49,552 bases of DNA, taken from a virus. Taxonomy: Duplodnaviria; Caudoviricetes. A program made the translations under genes and the position numbers. This document shows, piece by piece, positions 33,476-42,012 of the stretch. The notes beneath the pieces are model-generated. The model was not told the DNA's origin and searched no databases. It saw only the letters and a program-made list of their open reading frames with translations. The stretch covers positions 1 through 49,552 of IMG/VR virus record IMGVR_UViG_3300048598_000468, one strand, 5' to 3'. How positions within the stretch are numbered: the stretch's first letter is position 1; the number at the start of each line of letters is the position of its first letter.

Positions 33476-34315
33476 TCACTCCGCCGCTTCGAGATTGCTC
33501 TCGTCCGCCTCCGCGCCGTCAGCGCGCGGCACGTGGCTACCGTCGCCCCAGCTGCGGATGCCTCCCCGCCCGCGCCGCGGGCGCGTGCCGTAATGATCGG
33601 CGAGCGCGTCCAGCGCCTCCTGCAGCTTCCGCCCCACACGGTTGCGGTGTCCGAATTTCCGGGTGCTGGCCAATTCGACAATGCTCAGCCGGTCGGTGCA
33701 CACGTGGGTCACGATTTCGGCCGCCTCGCGCCCGGCCACGCGCTCCACGTAGAGGCGCGCCTTGTTGGCCCGGTCCATGGCATCGAGCGTCATGGGGCGA
33801 ATGTCGTCCCACACCAGCGTGCGCTTGGCTCCCCGCGCCGCGAACGTCTTCGGCCCCAGCATGTCGGAGAGCGCGGCCGTTTCCAGCGCCTTCGCGTTGG
33901 ACAGTTCCACCGTGTAGATGGATTCCAGATTGCGCCCGGTCATGGGGCTGATCTGCGCCATCTCGAGGTCGCGGCGGTAGAGATCGCCCGCACCGAACTG
34001 CTCCGTGGTGATCTGCTGCTTGTGCGCCATCAGGTCGAGCGGGTGCTCGCGCACGTTTCGCGCCACGCGAAGCTGCGGGTTCTCGCCCGGCTCCGGCACG
34101 TCGACGATCTCGGGCGGCGCGCCGTCGTATCCGGGGGCCGTGGCGGCCGCCGCGGACGCGAAGTCCCGCAGAGCCGCGATGTAGAACAGCCGGCGGCGCG
34201 TGATGGCGGCCAGGAATTTCGAAGCCGCGTGCTTTCGCTTCTTCTCCCGCCTGGCGGCGAGCGCGGCGAGGCGATGCCGGTCCGCGTCGGTCAACGGCGT
34301 GACGTTACGTTTCAT
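33476..34315 (-). CDS. Putative late-gene regulator (Q-position, DUF6456-like C-terminal HTH)
   Basis: RNVREHPLDLM...ITTEQFGAGDLYRRD...VC...KLQEALDALADHYG; lambdoid Q position. Confidence 0.65.
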   Translation of the reverse strand: MKRNVTPLTDADRHRLAALAARREKKRKHAASKFLAAITRRRLFYIAALRDFASAAAATAPGYDGAPPEIVDVPEPGENPQLRVARNVREHPLDLMAHKQQITTEQFGAGDLYRRDLEMAQISPMTGRNLESIYTVELSNAKALETAALSDMLGPKTFAARGAKRTLVWDDIRPMTLDAMDRANKARLYVERVAGREAAEIVTHVCTDRLSIVELASTRKFGHRNRVGRKLQEALDALADHYGTRPRRGRGGIRSWGDGSHVPRADGAEADESNLEAAE

Positions 34316-34737
34316 TCCCCCTCGTCCCCCTCGGTTTCGATCCAGGCCACGGGCTCGACGGCGCCGGGCAGGATGCGGGGCGTCTCGCCCACGATGAAGT
34401 TGCTGATACGCGCGAAGCGCGGGTCCCAGGTCCAGAAAGTTGCCCGCCCGAGAAAGCGGCGGCTCATCCAGCCCTCGACGACGGCGCCGCAGGCGAGCAG
34501 CAGCTGCACCGTGCGGTTTTCCTCGGTGAGGGTGAACATGGGACGCAACAAATCGCGGACCTCGATATCCGGCCCGAGCAGCAGAACATTGCGCCTGGTG
34601 TCGCGAGACAGTTGCTCGCGCAAGCGCTCCATCTGCTCTGGGCGGAGCCGTACCGTGAGCTGACACAGCAGCGGCGGATCGTTCCGTCTGAGCGCCTCGC
34701 GTCTGACCTCGCCCAGCGCGAGCGTGACTGGGTTCAT
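34312..34737 (-). CDS. Hypothetical protein
   Basis: GAGGAG RBS, ATGA coupling. Confidence 0.6.
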   Translation of the reverse strand: MNPVTLALGEVRREALRRNDPPLLCQLTVRLRPEQMERLREQLSRDTRRNVLLLGPDIEVRDLLRPMFTLTEENRTVQLLLACGAVVEGWMSRRFLGRATFWTWDPRFARISNFIVGETPRILPGAVEPVAWIETEGDEGE

Positions 34738-34750
34738 GGCGCGGCGCTCC

Positions 34751-35107
34751 TCAATTCACCGTCTCGCGGCCACGCACGCGGGCGCCGGCTCGCTCGGCCG
34801 CATCGTCCGGCAGGGTCTCGATGTCCTCGCGCGCCGCCTTCTGCGCGGCCTCGACCGTCACAGGCAGCCCCAGCGCCTTGCGATAGGTGTCGAGCTCCAA
34901 TTCGAGCGAGAGCTGCTTCTCCTGGTATTCAGGCCCCTTGCGCAGCTCCTTGATGCATTGCGCCAGCGCCTTCTCCGAGTAGCCGTCGGCCTTGTCCTCG
35001 GCCTTGCACTGCTTCAGATCCTCCTGCCGCTCGGCGATGTCGTCGAGGATCTGCCGGCGGCGATCCGCGCGGCGTTTCAATTCGTCGTTGTAGTGGTTGC
35101 TGTCCAT
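34751..35107 (-). CDS. GapR-like (DUF2312/UPF0335) protein
   Basis: DELKRR...QEDLK...KADGYSEKAL...IK.LRK...LDTYRKALGL. Confidence 0.75.
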   Translation of the reverse strand: MDSNHYNDELKRRADRRRQILDDIAERQEDLKQCKAEDKADGYSEKALAQCIKELRKGPEYQEKQLSLELELDTYRKALGLPVTVEAAQKAAREDIETLPDDAAERAGARVRGRETVN

Positions 35108-35121
35108 TGCCGTGGTCTCCC

Positions 35122-35496
35122 TCACGCCCGCACTGTCAGTCTGTCGCGATCGGCCATGCGCTTCTCGTGCAGCGCATCGATCTGCCGCTCGACGTCCTCG
35201 ATGGCGCGGTCGAGTTCGCCGTCGTCGCGCCGCCACTCCTGCTCCCGCGCGAGCAGCGCGCGGAACCGGTCGATGGAGCCCGTGCCGCTCTGCAGAGCGA
35301 AATAGCCAAGCAGATCGCGCCAGGTGGTCTGCGTGTGCCGGCGGGCGAGCACGATCACCGCGTTGCGCGCCCACCGCGCCCGGTCCTCCGCCACCCCCAA
35401 GGGATGCCCGCGGTTGATGCCGCGCATCGCTGCCACCGGCACCTTGAGCCGGATCGCCACGAGATCGGCGATCTCCTGCACCGTCACCGCGCTCAT
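35122..35496 (-). CDS. DnaA domain IV-like HTH protein
   Basis: EIADLVAIRLKV...MRG...ARNAVIVLARRHT..TWRDLLGYF. Confidence 0.65.
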   Translation of the reverse strand: MSAVTVQEIADLVAIRLKVPVAAMRGINRGHPLGVAEDRARWARNAVIVLARRHTQTTWRDLLGYFALQSGTGSIDRFRALLAREQEWRRDDGELDRAIEDVERQIDALHEKRMADRDRLTVRA

Positions 35497-36212
35497 GCCC
35501 GCACCTCGTCGAATTTCCCGGTCTCATCGCCCCACGCAGCCCATCCGGGCCTGTTCGTGCGCGAGCAGATCTCGATGCGCCGCGCGCCGGGCATGTACCG
35601 CTCGCACCAGCGATAGGCGGTATCCGGCTTTTCGGAATGCTCGCGCGCGAGGCCGTACATGATGTTGCGGCACGCCTTCGAGTGGCGCGGCTTCCCCGTG
35701 TGACAGATGAAGAACGGCTCCATGGAGGAGCGCATCACGTAGCCGGTGCCGAACGCGTCGCAGTCGTTGACGGTGCGCTTGGCCCAGCCGCCGAGGCCGC
35801 CATAGCGAAAGCCCAGCGCCTCGATCACGTCGCCGATCGGCGAATAGCTCGGCCGGTCGCGATCGAGCAGCAGGGGAGATATGCCCCAGAGGAAGAGCAC
35901 CGCATCGGCGGCCGCGAGCTGCCCCACCGGCAGGCTCTTGATCTTGTCGAGCGTCCAGGTGCGGTAGTGGCGCGCCGCGCCTTTGCGCTGGCCCTTGGCC
36001 GAGTGCGCCGAGAAATGCCACGGCGGGTCGTACATGATGAGATCGAACGAGAACGGCGCGAAGGCCGAGAAGACATCGGCCGGCCAGGGGCTGTCGTCCG
36101 GCTTGTTGATGTCGACCGCCGCCGCACCTGCGGCCGGCGGCACATAGCCCGGCCGCGGCTGCTCGGGCAGCGTGTCGAACATCGAGGGGTGCGAAAAGGC
36201 CGTGCCTGTCAT
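35493..36212 (-). CDS. MT-A70 family adenine methyltransferase
   Basis: FDLIMYDPPW, LPVGQLAA.DAVLFLW, FGTGYVMRS, REHSEKPD. Confidence 0.9.
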   Translation of the reverse strand: MTGTAFSHPSMFDTLPEQPRPGYVPPAAGAAAVDINKPDDSPWPADVFSAFAPFSFDLIMYDPPWHFSAHSAKGQRKGAARHYRTWTLDKIKSLPVGQLAAADAVLFLWGISPLLLDRDRPSYSPIGDVIEALGFRYGGLGGWAKRTVNDCDAFGTGYVMRSSMEPFFICHTGKPRHSKACRNIMYGLAREHSEKPDTAYRWCERYMPGARRIEICSRTNRPGWAAWGDETGKFDEVRA

Positions 36213-36364
36213 CCTCGCACCTCGCCCTTCTTGATCGCCTCGGCGAGGCTGCGGCCGATGCCGAACAGCTCGGCGGCGCGGGCGGCCGAATAGCCCATGA
36301 CGGTGAGGAACAGCCCGGCGCGCTCGGCCGGCGTCCACGTGCTGTCGGGCGTGCGCGGGATCAT
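36209..36364 (-). CDS. Small HTH protein
   Basis: WTPAE...GYSAARAAELFGIGRS. Confidence 0.55.
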   Translation of the reverse strand: MIPRTPDSTWTPAERAGLFLTVMGYSAARAAELFGIGRSLAEAIKKGEVRG

Positions 36365-36558
36365 TCCGCCTCTCCCAGCAGCTCGGCCGGATGGCACGAG
36401 GCGGCCACGGGGAAGCGAGCGCCGGGCGCCACGCACACCGACGCGGCGGCGCGCTCGATGGCGGTGCGCTCGGCGTCGCAGACAAGCGCGGTCTCGCGCG
36501 GCACCATCACCACCTCGCCCGACGCCATCCACACCAGCAAAACCCACGTCTCGATCAT
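36361..36558 (-). CDS. Small hypothetical protein
   Basis: MIETWVLLVW..., AAGGA RBS, coupled. Confidence 0.55.
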   Translation of the reverse strand: MIETWVLLVWMASGEVVMVPRETALVCDAERTAIERAAASVCVAPGARFPVAASCHPAELLGEAE

Positions 36559-36968
36559 GCAATGTCCTTTCCGGTTTGGGGTTCGCGCAGGGCGGCGAGC
36601 AGAGCGCCCACGCAGGTTGCGACGCTGGCGCGGCCGATCTCGTTCGCGGCCGCGAGGCGCCGGCCGTGCTCGCTCAACTTGGCGACGCCCCAGGCGAGAT
36701 GCAGCGCGCGGTCGCCGTCGGCGGTGATCGGCCCCAGCGCGGGAGGCGGCGCAACAGACAGCGCGGGCAGATGCTTGGCGACGATCGCGCGGAGTTCCGG
36801 CTCGAGGTCGTGCTCGATGGCGCGGCGCATGGCGTCGTCGATCTGGTCGAGCAACCCCTTGAGCAGCCCGGCGTAGAGCGCCTGGCCGCGCTCGGCGGAC
36901 GGATGCTCGCGTCCCTCCAGAAACTCGTTCTCCTCCGGCTCGTGCCGGGCGCGGGGTGCGGGGCTCAT
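36555..36968 (-). CDS. Hypothetical protein
   Basis: GAGG RBS, ATGA coupling to the replication gene. Confidence 0.6.
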   Translation of the reverse strand: MSPAPRARHEPEENEFLEGREHPSAERGQALYAGLLKGLLDQIDDAMRRAIEHDLEPELRAIVAKHLPALSVAPPPALGPITADGDRALHLAWGVAKLSEHGRRLAAANEIGRASVATCVGALLAALREPQTGKDIA

Positions 36969-37906
36969 GCGGCACCTCGTTCGGATTTCGCGGGCGGCCA
37001 TTCGGCCGGCACCTGCCAAGACGTCGTCGCCGGCAGGCCCATCACGCGGGCCGCATCGGGCATCTCGGTGCGAAAGTGCTCGAGCCAGCGCTGCCACTGG
37101 ACGGTGCCCCGTTTGATCACCACCATCGCGCCGAGCTTTTGCGCAGTTTCGATTTCCCGCAGGATGAGGCGCGGCGTCAGCTTGTGGGATTGGTCCGCAA
37201 GCCTTTTGACGGCTGCCTTGAGCGCGTCGGCTGAGACGCCGCTCGCCCGCCGAGCGATGTCCCGCAACTCGCCAACGCGATCCTTGCCGAGCGAAAAGCG
37301 ATGCAGGGTCGCCAGCAGCGGCACGATGAAGTGCTCGATGCCGTGCCCGTAACGCCCCTCCGCCCGAAGCGCGGCAATCACCTGCCCCTTCCAATCATCG
37401 GCACTAGAGCCCCCCTCTGGGGGGTTGGGGGGACTCTTGGTCGTTAAAGAAAGATCGTTCTTGTTGTGATTTCCTGTGATCACACCTGGTGTGACGCTAG
37501 CGATCACACCTGATGTGATTTGTTGCTCACAGGTCCCTTCAGAGTTGCATCCGACATGTGATCCGTCGCTCACAGGTCCGACGTCGAGGAAATGCGCATC
37601 GTCATCGTCGGCCGACAGCGTCGGCGGCGCATGCCGATCCATCACGGTGCGATAGAAGATGGCGCGGCCGGTGGCGTCGATCGCCCGCTTCTCCACGTAG
37701 CCCCAGAGCACGAGATCGGCGAGTTTGCGATTCACGGTCTCACGCGTGAGACCCAGAGCCTTCGCCATGTTTCCCTGCTTCAGCCGGCACCAGCCATGCG
37801 AATTGGTGTGGCGGCCAATGAGATTGATCACGCGGAAATGGTTCACGTCCGCGCGCGCGTCCTCCGCGAAGTCGCCCGGTATGATGGAATAGCGCGGGCC
37901 GCTCAT
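36965..37906 (-). CDS. Replication initiator (N-terminal winged HTH)
   Basis: MSGPRYSIIP...LIGRHTNSHGWC....MAKALGLTRETVNRKL..L...GYVE; internal iterons; PPNPP motif. Confidence 0.8.
   Translation of the reverse strand: MSGPRYSIIPGDFAEDARADVNHFRVINLIGRHTNSHGWCRLKQGNMAKALGLTRETVNRKLADLVLWGYVEKRAIDATGRAIFYRTVMDRHAPPTLSADDDDAHFLDVGPVSDGSHVGCNSEGTCEQQITSGVIASVTPGVITGNHNKNDLSLTTKSPPNPPEGGSSADDWKGQVIAALRAEGRYGHGIEHFIVPLLATLHRFSLGKDRVGELRDIARRASGVSADALKAAVKRLADQSHKLTPRLILREIETAQKLGAMVVIKRGTVQWQRWLEHFRTEMPDAARVMGLPATTSWQVPAEWPPAKSERGAA
37466..37580. repeat. Iterons of the phage replication origin
   Basis: GATCACACCTG(G/A)TGTGA at 37478 and 37502; GCTCACAGGTCC at 37525 and 37568; AT-richer flank. Confidence 0.75.
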
Positions 37907-38022
37907 CGGGTGCCCCGGAACACGAGATGCAGCACGATGGCGACGGCGCAGAGCGCGAGGCCGGCGGCGGACGCGGCGACCAGCAGCGTGTAGGCGGTGT
38001 CGGATAAATCGGAGATCGGCAT
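37903..38022 (-). CDS. Small single-TM peptide (39 aa)
   Basis: MPISDLSDTAYTLLVAASAAGLALCAVAIVLHLVFRGTR; AGGGG RBS, ATGA coupling. Confidence 0.5.
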   Translation of the reverse strand: MPISDLSDTAYTLLVAASAAGLALCAVAIVLHLVFRGTR

Positions 38023-38087
38023 GGCGCCCCTGTTGAGATCGTTGCGGGCGCACTTGAGCGGCGGCGGAAATCATGAGATTATCCCCG

Positions 38088-38234
38088 TCGTCGAGCAGCG
38101 CCCCTGCTGCTCTGATTAGCGGCGCTTCAGTTGCCCACTTCGCAACCGCGCCGAATGCGACCGCTCCACCACATCGAGCGAGGCGCACACTTCTGAGAGC
38201 CCCGCAGTTCCCGCTGCGGGGCTTTCGCTTTTCT
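38088..38234 (+). ncRNA. Candidate antisense small RNA in the early operon
   Basis: TTGAGC-N17-GATTAT (38054-38082) and terminator AGCCCCGCAG ttcccg CTGCGGGGCT TTCGCTTTT in an intergenic gap. Confidence 0.45.
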
Positions 38235-38490
38235 AGGCTGCGGTGGCTGAAATCGTACCGGCGACACTCGCCGACACATCGGCATGCGAGGCCGCGAGCG
38301 TGACGTCGTCCGGGCTCGGCAGATCCGCCGTCACCGAGATCGGAAACTCGCGGTACGGCATGCCGTCCATCGAGTCGCCCAGGATTTCCTCGAACGTCGA
38401 GCCGTCTTCTCGCTCCTGCTCGGTGAGCGAAAACTGCTGACCATCGGCGTAGAGCCGGATCGACAACGTGAAAGTCTTCTGGTCTGCCAT
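38233..38490 (-). CDS. Hypothetical protein
   Basis: MADQKTFTLSIRLY..., GGGGAAGG RBS. Confidence 0.6.
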   Translation of the reverse strand: MADQKTFTLSIRLYADGQQFSLTEQEREDGSTFEEILGDSMDGMPYREFPISVTADLPSPDDVTLAASHADVSASVAGTISATAA

Positions 38491-38551
38491 GTTGGCCTTC
38501 CCCCGTCTGCAACTGCGGCAACGGTTGCCGCTCCCTGCCTCGCGCCCGACG

Positions 38552-38713
38552 CTAGTCGTCGAGCAGATCGACGCCCTCACACGCATCGGCGCGCGGCCGC
38601 TCGGCCCACGCACGCGCCGCCCACTCACGCAACCGCAACAGTCCCCACGCGATGCCCGCCAGCGCGAGCCAGGTCGCGAACACGTGCAAAAGCGACTTGT
38701 CGAACGGGATCAT
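38552..38713 (-). CDS. Small single-TM protein
   Basis: MIPFDKSLLHVFATWLALAGIAWGLLRLREW..., GGAGG RBS. Confidence 0.5.
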   Translation of the reverse strand: MIPFDKSLLHVFATWLALAGIAWGLLRLREWAARAWAERPRADACEGVDLLDD

Positions 38714-39540
38714 GCTGCCCTCCGCAACGGTTGCCCGGGTTGATCGGATTGCGCCGGTTGCGGCGCCGGTTGCGGCGCCGCTGCCCGGTTGCGCGTCAGC
38801 ACCGGATCAGTTTTCACGAGATCGGCCACCGGCACCGTGCCGGGCCGCGGGCGCCGCGCCCGCTTGCTCTCGCCGATGATGTAGACGACGGGCCGCTTGG
38901 GGCTGCGCGCTTCGGTGGCGAGCCGCACGACGCGACCCTCCTTGTCCTTTGCGCGCTCGCGGCCTTTGCGCACCTCAGCGTGGCGGCCGAGCTGCGCGAG
39001 GAAAATCGTGTCCGGAATCCGGTGCACGCGGAACTCGCGCGCCCAGCGCCAATACTGCGCGAGCATGCCTGTGTGATCGAGCGCGATGCGGCAGTCGGCG
39101 GTCAGCATGTAGGAGACGAACTCTCCGACGAGATCGGCCGCGCCCATGTGGATGCAGGGCTTTTCGCCTTCGTCCGCACCCGGAGAGACCAGGGTTTCCG
39201 GTCCAGGGACTCGGGTACCCAGGCCAGGGACTCGCCCTGGCCAGCCACGTCCAGGGTGACCGGGGTCGGCGTGGACTCCGTGAGCTAGCGCCGTGGACTC
39301 GGAGGCCGTGTCGGCGGCCATGGACTCCGCGCCCGCGACGGTGGCGCGCAGGCGCTCGTGCACCGTGGCCCGGCCGTGGACTCGGTGAGCGCCAAAAAAA
39401 AGACCGGAGACGGCGGCGCTCAGGCGTGAGCACCATCCCGTTCCGGCCGTTTTCCGCGCTGCCCCCAGCATCACAAAGTCCCCCTCGAAATTCATCCGGG
39501 TGCTGCCAGGACAGTCCGGCACCCGCGCGGACGTATTCAC
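38710..39540 (-). CDS. Hypothetical early protein (possible C-terminal DNA-binding domain)
   Basis: Low-complexity N half; globular LVGEFVSYML...YWRWARE...FLAQLGRH C half; start uncertain. Confidence 0.55.
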   Translation of the reverse strand: MNTSARVPDCPGSTRMNFEGDFVMLGAARKTAGTGWCSRLSAAVSGLFFGAHRVHGRATVHERLRATVAGAESMAADTASESTALAHGVHADPGHPGRGWPGRVPGLGTRVPGPETLVSPGADEGEKPCIHMGAADLVGEFVSYMLTADCRIALDHTGMLAQYWRWAREFRVHRIPDTIFLAQLGRHAEVRKGRERAKDKEGRVVRLATEARSPKRPVVYIIGESKRARRPRPGTVPVADLVKTDPVLTRNRAAAPQPAPQPAQSDQPGQPLRRAA

Positions 39541-40231
39541 CCGCCTGGCTCTTCGTGTGAGCTTCCGTGAAGAGATACGCCCACCGTGTCGTTACCGCCC
39601 TCCGCCTTGGCCTTCGGCTTCATCGGGCGCTTCACTCGACCAGAACGCGGCCTAAACCTCAGATCACTCAGCAGGACGGGCCGGGCGCTACTCCGGCTGT
39701 ACGTCTCTCCGTTTGTCGCGGGTCCAGTAACCCGCCGATTTCCACCTCTGAGCACGCGGGCGGCTCGCTCCGCACGGACTTCCCTTTGCTCCCACCCGGC
39801 GCCGTGCGTCGTTACCGGCCAGTGAGAATGACCCCAGCGGGTCTGCTTTCCCCGCCGCCGTCCTGCTGAATGATCTCGACGCACACTCTCGCCGTGCTCA
39901 GGCCGGCACGCAGCACCCCCGCCGGCTCACGCACGCAACGCGCACTCGCTGTCGCCACTCTCCTGAAAGGGGCCGGGCGGACCATGAACTGCGCCCGGCC
40001 AGTTGCTCAGGAAGGAGGCTATGGCCGCTGCCCCTCACCCGCCGGCTCGCGTTAGATCCGCTCGCCGGACAGGCCCGGTCGCAGCGCTTGGAAGACCCGG
40101 CGCGGATGCGTGTGGGCATCCGAAGCGCCAACTAAAAAAGTCCCCCCAGCGCTAGGGCCGGGCACGCATGCGCGGTTGCCGACTGGGCAACTGAAGCGCA
40201 ACGCAACAACGCAACGAACGCAACTGAAAGA

Positions 40232-40492
40232 TCAAACTCTGCGAGCGCCTTCGCTGACCGAGGCCCGAGTCGGATTGGCCACAGGCGCGGCACTGGCTGC
40301 GCCCGGGATCTTGTAGGCGTCCATGAATCCTTGGACCTTGGCGCGTAACGCTGAACGGGGTTCACGCCCATTCCGGAGGTCTTCGACAAAGTTCGGGTCG
40401 CCACAGGCCATCTCGCCAAACGGCGATTGCTTCATTCCGGTCTCAGCCAGGAATGCTTCGATGCGACAGAGGAGGTCCAAGCGAATGTCCAT
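40232..40492 (-). CDS. Cro-like HTH protein
   Basis: LLCRIEAFLAETGM..SPFG..A.GDPNFV.DLRNGREPR; divergent from the repressor. Confidence 0.8.
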   Translation of the reverse strand: MDIRLDLLCRIEAFLAETGMKQSPFGEMACGDPNFVEDLRNGREPRSALRAKVQGFMDAYKIPGAASAAPVANPTRASVSEGARRV

Positions 40493-40501
40493 GCGCGTTA
40501 C

Positions 40502-40564
40502 ACAACTAGGATTCATCCTAGTTGTCAACCGGCTTGACGAGTTAACGGGAAGGATATTTCCTAG
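40502..40564. promoter_or_regulatory. OR-like operators and divergent promoters
   Basis: ACAACTAGGA-TTCA-TCCTAGTTGT and GAAGGA-TATT-TCCTAG; back-to-back TTGACA (minus) and TTGACG (plus). Confidence 0.8.
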
Positions 40565-40588
40565 CCGAGCCGCTGGTATGACGCGGTC

Positions 40589-41218
40589 ATGAGCGACACG
40601 CGTCAGGCGATTCGGGAAAGCCTCCAGAAGTCGGGGCGGAGCATGGAATGGCTCTCGCTCCAGCTCGGGAAGAACCCCGCATACATCCAGCAGTACCTTG
40701 AGCGCGGCTCGCCGCGCGATCTTCGGCTTGAGCAAAAGATCTTAACTGCGGAGTTGCTGGGCATGCCTCTTTCGGAGCTTGGAGTGAGCGATCTACAGAT
40801 CAAGAAAAACAGCCAGATCTCGTCTTCCTCTGGCGGCTTTCGCGAAGACGCAATCGAGTATGATCCCCCGCACGGTTCCCTGTTGGCTAAGGCGGAGAAC
40901 ATCTCCTATTACCGCATGGCGACCGACGTTCTGAGCCGGCATCCGCTTCGCATCATGGCCGGCGACGTCATCGCCTTCGACATGTCTTCCTCGGCAATAG
41001 AGAACCTGAAGAGCGAGCAGGTCGTCATCGTGCGCTGCTTCAACGTCGATCCGTCCATCCTGACGGCCGAAACGATGGTCCGGGAATACGTGCGGCCCGG
41101 GCTGCTCATGACGAATCGCGAACGCGACAACGAGATCTTTGCCCTCGACGACCCCGGCCTGCCCTTCGAGCCGCACATCCGGGGCGTGCTTCGGACCGTC
41201 GTGCGAAACGCGATCTAG
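40589..41218 (+). CDS. CI-like repressor (HTH plus degenerate S24-like domain)
   Basis: SMEWLSLQLGKNPAYIQQYLERGSPRDL HTH; P.RIMAGDVIAFD and IRGVL C-domain. Confidence 0.8.
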   Translation: MSDTRQAIRESLQKSGRSMEWLSLQLGKNPAYIQQYLERGSPRDLRLEQKILTAELLGMPLSELGVSDLQIKKNSQISSSSGGFREDAIEYDPPHGSLLAKAENISYYRMATDVLSRHPLRIMAGDVIAFDMSSSAIENLKSEQVVIVRCFNVDPSILTAETMVREYVRPGLLMTNRERDNEIFALDDPGLPFEPHIRGVLRTVVRNAI

Positions 41219-41877
41219 CCGAGCAACAAGCCCAGCGCGACGCCCACCGTCAGGGCCAAAGCCGCGAGACCTGCGGCTCTGAGCACATTTCGCTGTCGGG
41301 GCTCGGCAGCGGACTCTTTCGCTCGCGGAAGCTCACCCTCCTCATCTGCAAATCGAAGGAGTTGCGTCGTGGCGCCCTTGAGCGTCGGCCGAAAGACCCG
41401 GCGCTTGCCCTTTCGTGCCACGGCCCACTGCCGGCGCTTTGCGTCGAAGCCGAGTCCAATTTCGGCCCGTACACCATCATCCGAGATGAGGAAGATCGAC
41501 AACGCGTCCTCAGTCGCCACACAGCTCCAGCCTTGAGCTTCGAGCGTCGCGCTGTGCCGCTCGAGCACATCGGAGATCGTGCGAACCGGGGACAGGCGGC
41601 GCGGCGCGGACGAGCGCAAATCTTCTGGAGGCCCAATGTCCGGGGCAGGCTGTCCTTCTTCGAGGATACGCATTTTCCCGAGAAGGTATCGCTTTCGCTG
41701 GCCTGAGTTGAGGCAGCGCGCCCAGACATAGGGCCCATCGATGGAGAGCGGCACGATCGGCCTCTTCTGCCCCGGAGCTGAGCTTCCGCCGAAGTATACG
41801 CAGCGCAGGATCTCGCCCGTTCCGATCGACTCCCGGATCCGGTGAGCCGTTTGAGAGATCTCGTCTCCCACAAGCAC
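41215..41877 (-). CDS. WYL-like domain protein with C-terminal TM
   Basis: IRESIGTGEILRCVYFGGS.PGQKR.I.P....YVWARC..SGQRKRYLLGKM; ends LAALALTVGVALGLLLG; start uncertain. Confidence 0.6.
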   Translation of the reverse strand: MLVGDEISQTAHRIRESIGTGEILRCVYFGGSSAPGQKRPIVPLSIDGPYVWARCLNSGQRKRYLLGKMRILEEGQPAPDIGPPEDLRSSAPRRLSPVRTISDVLERHSATLEAQGWSCVATEDALSIFLISDDGVRAEIGLGFDAKRRQWAVARKGKRRVFRPTLKGATTQLLRFADEEGELPRAKESAAEPRQRNVLRAAGLAALALTVGVALGLLLG

Positions 41878-41949
41878 GTGGATTCCAGGCGCAACCTCTC
41901 TCCAACCCTCCGCTGTCGGCCCGCCATTCAATGGCCCACACTCCGCTAT

Positions 41950-42012
41950 CCAGGATTTTCCTAGATTTATACATTTCACGGATTGACAGGACGCTAGGAT
42001 ATTTCCTAGCAT
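41950..42012 (+). promoter_or_regulatory. OL-like operators and PL-like promoter
   Basis: CCAGGATTTTCCTAG (41950) and CTAGGA-TATT-TCCTAG (41994) within TTGACA-N18-TAGCAT. Confidence 0.8.

Noticed and set aside
40187-40225. TTGC repeats as a lambda CII site (TTGC-N6-TTGC)
   Set aside because: Spacings are 7, 1, 4 and 5, not 6; treated as part of the GCAAC cluster instead.
41878-42012. N-terminal extension of the WYL-like ORF to 42012
   Set aside because: Overlaps the operators and PL-like promoter; likely non-coding.
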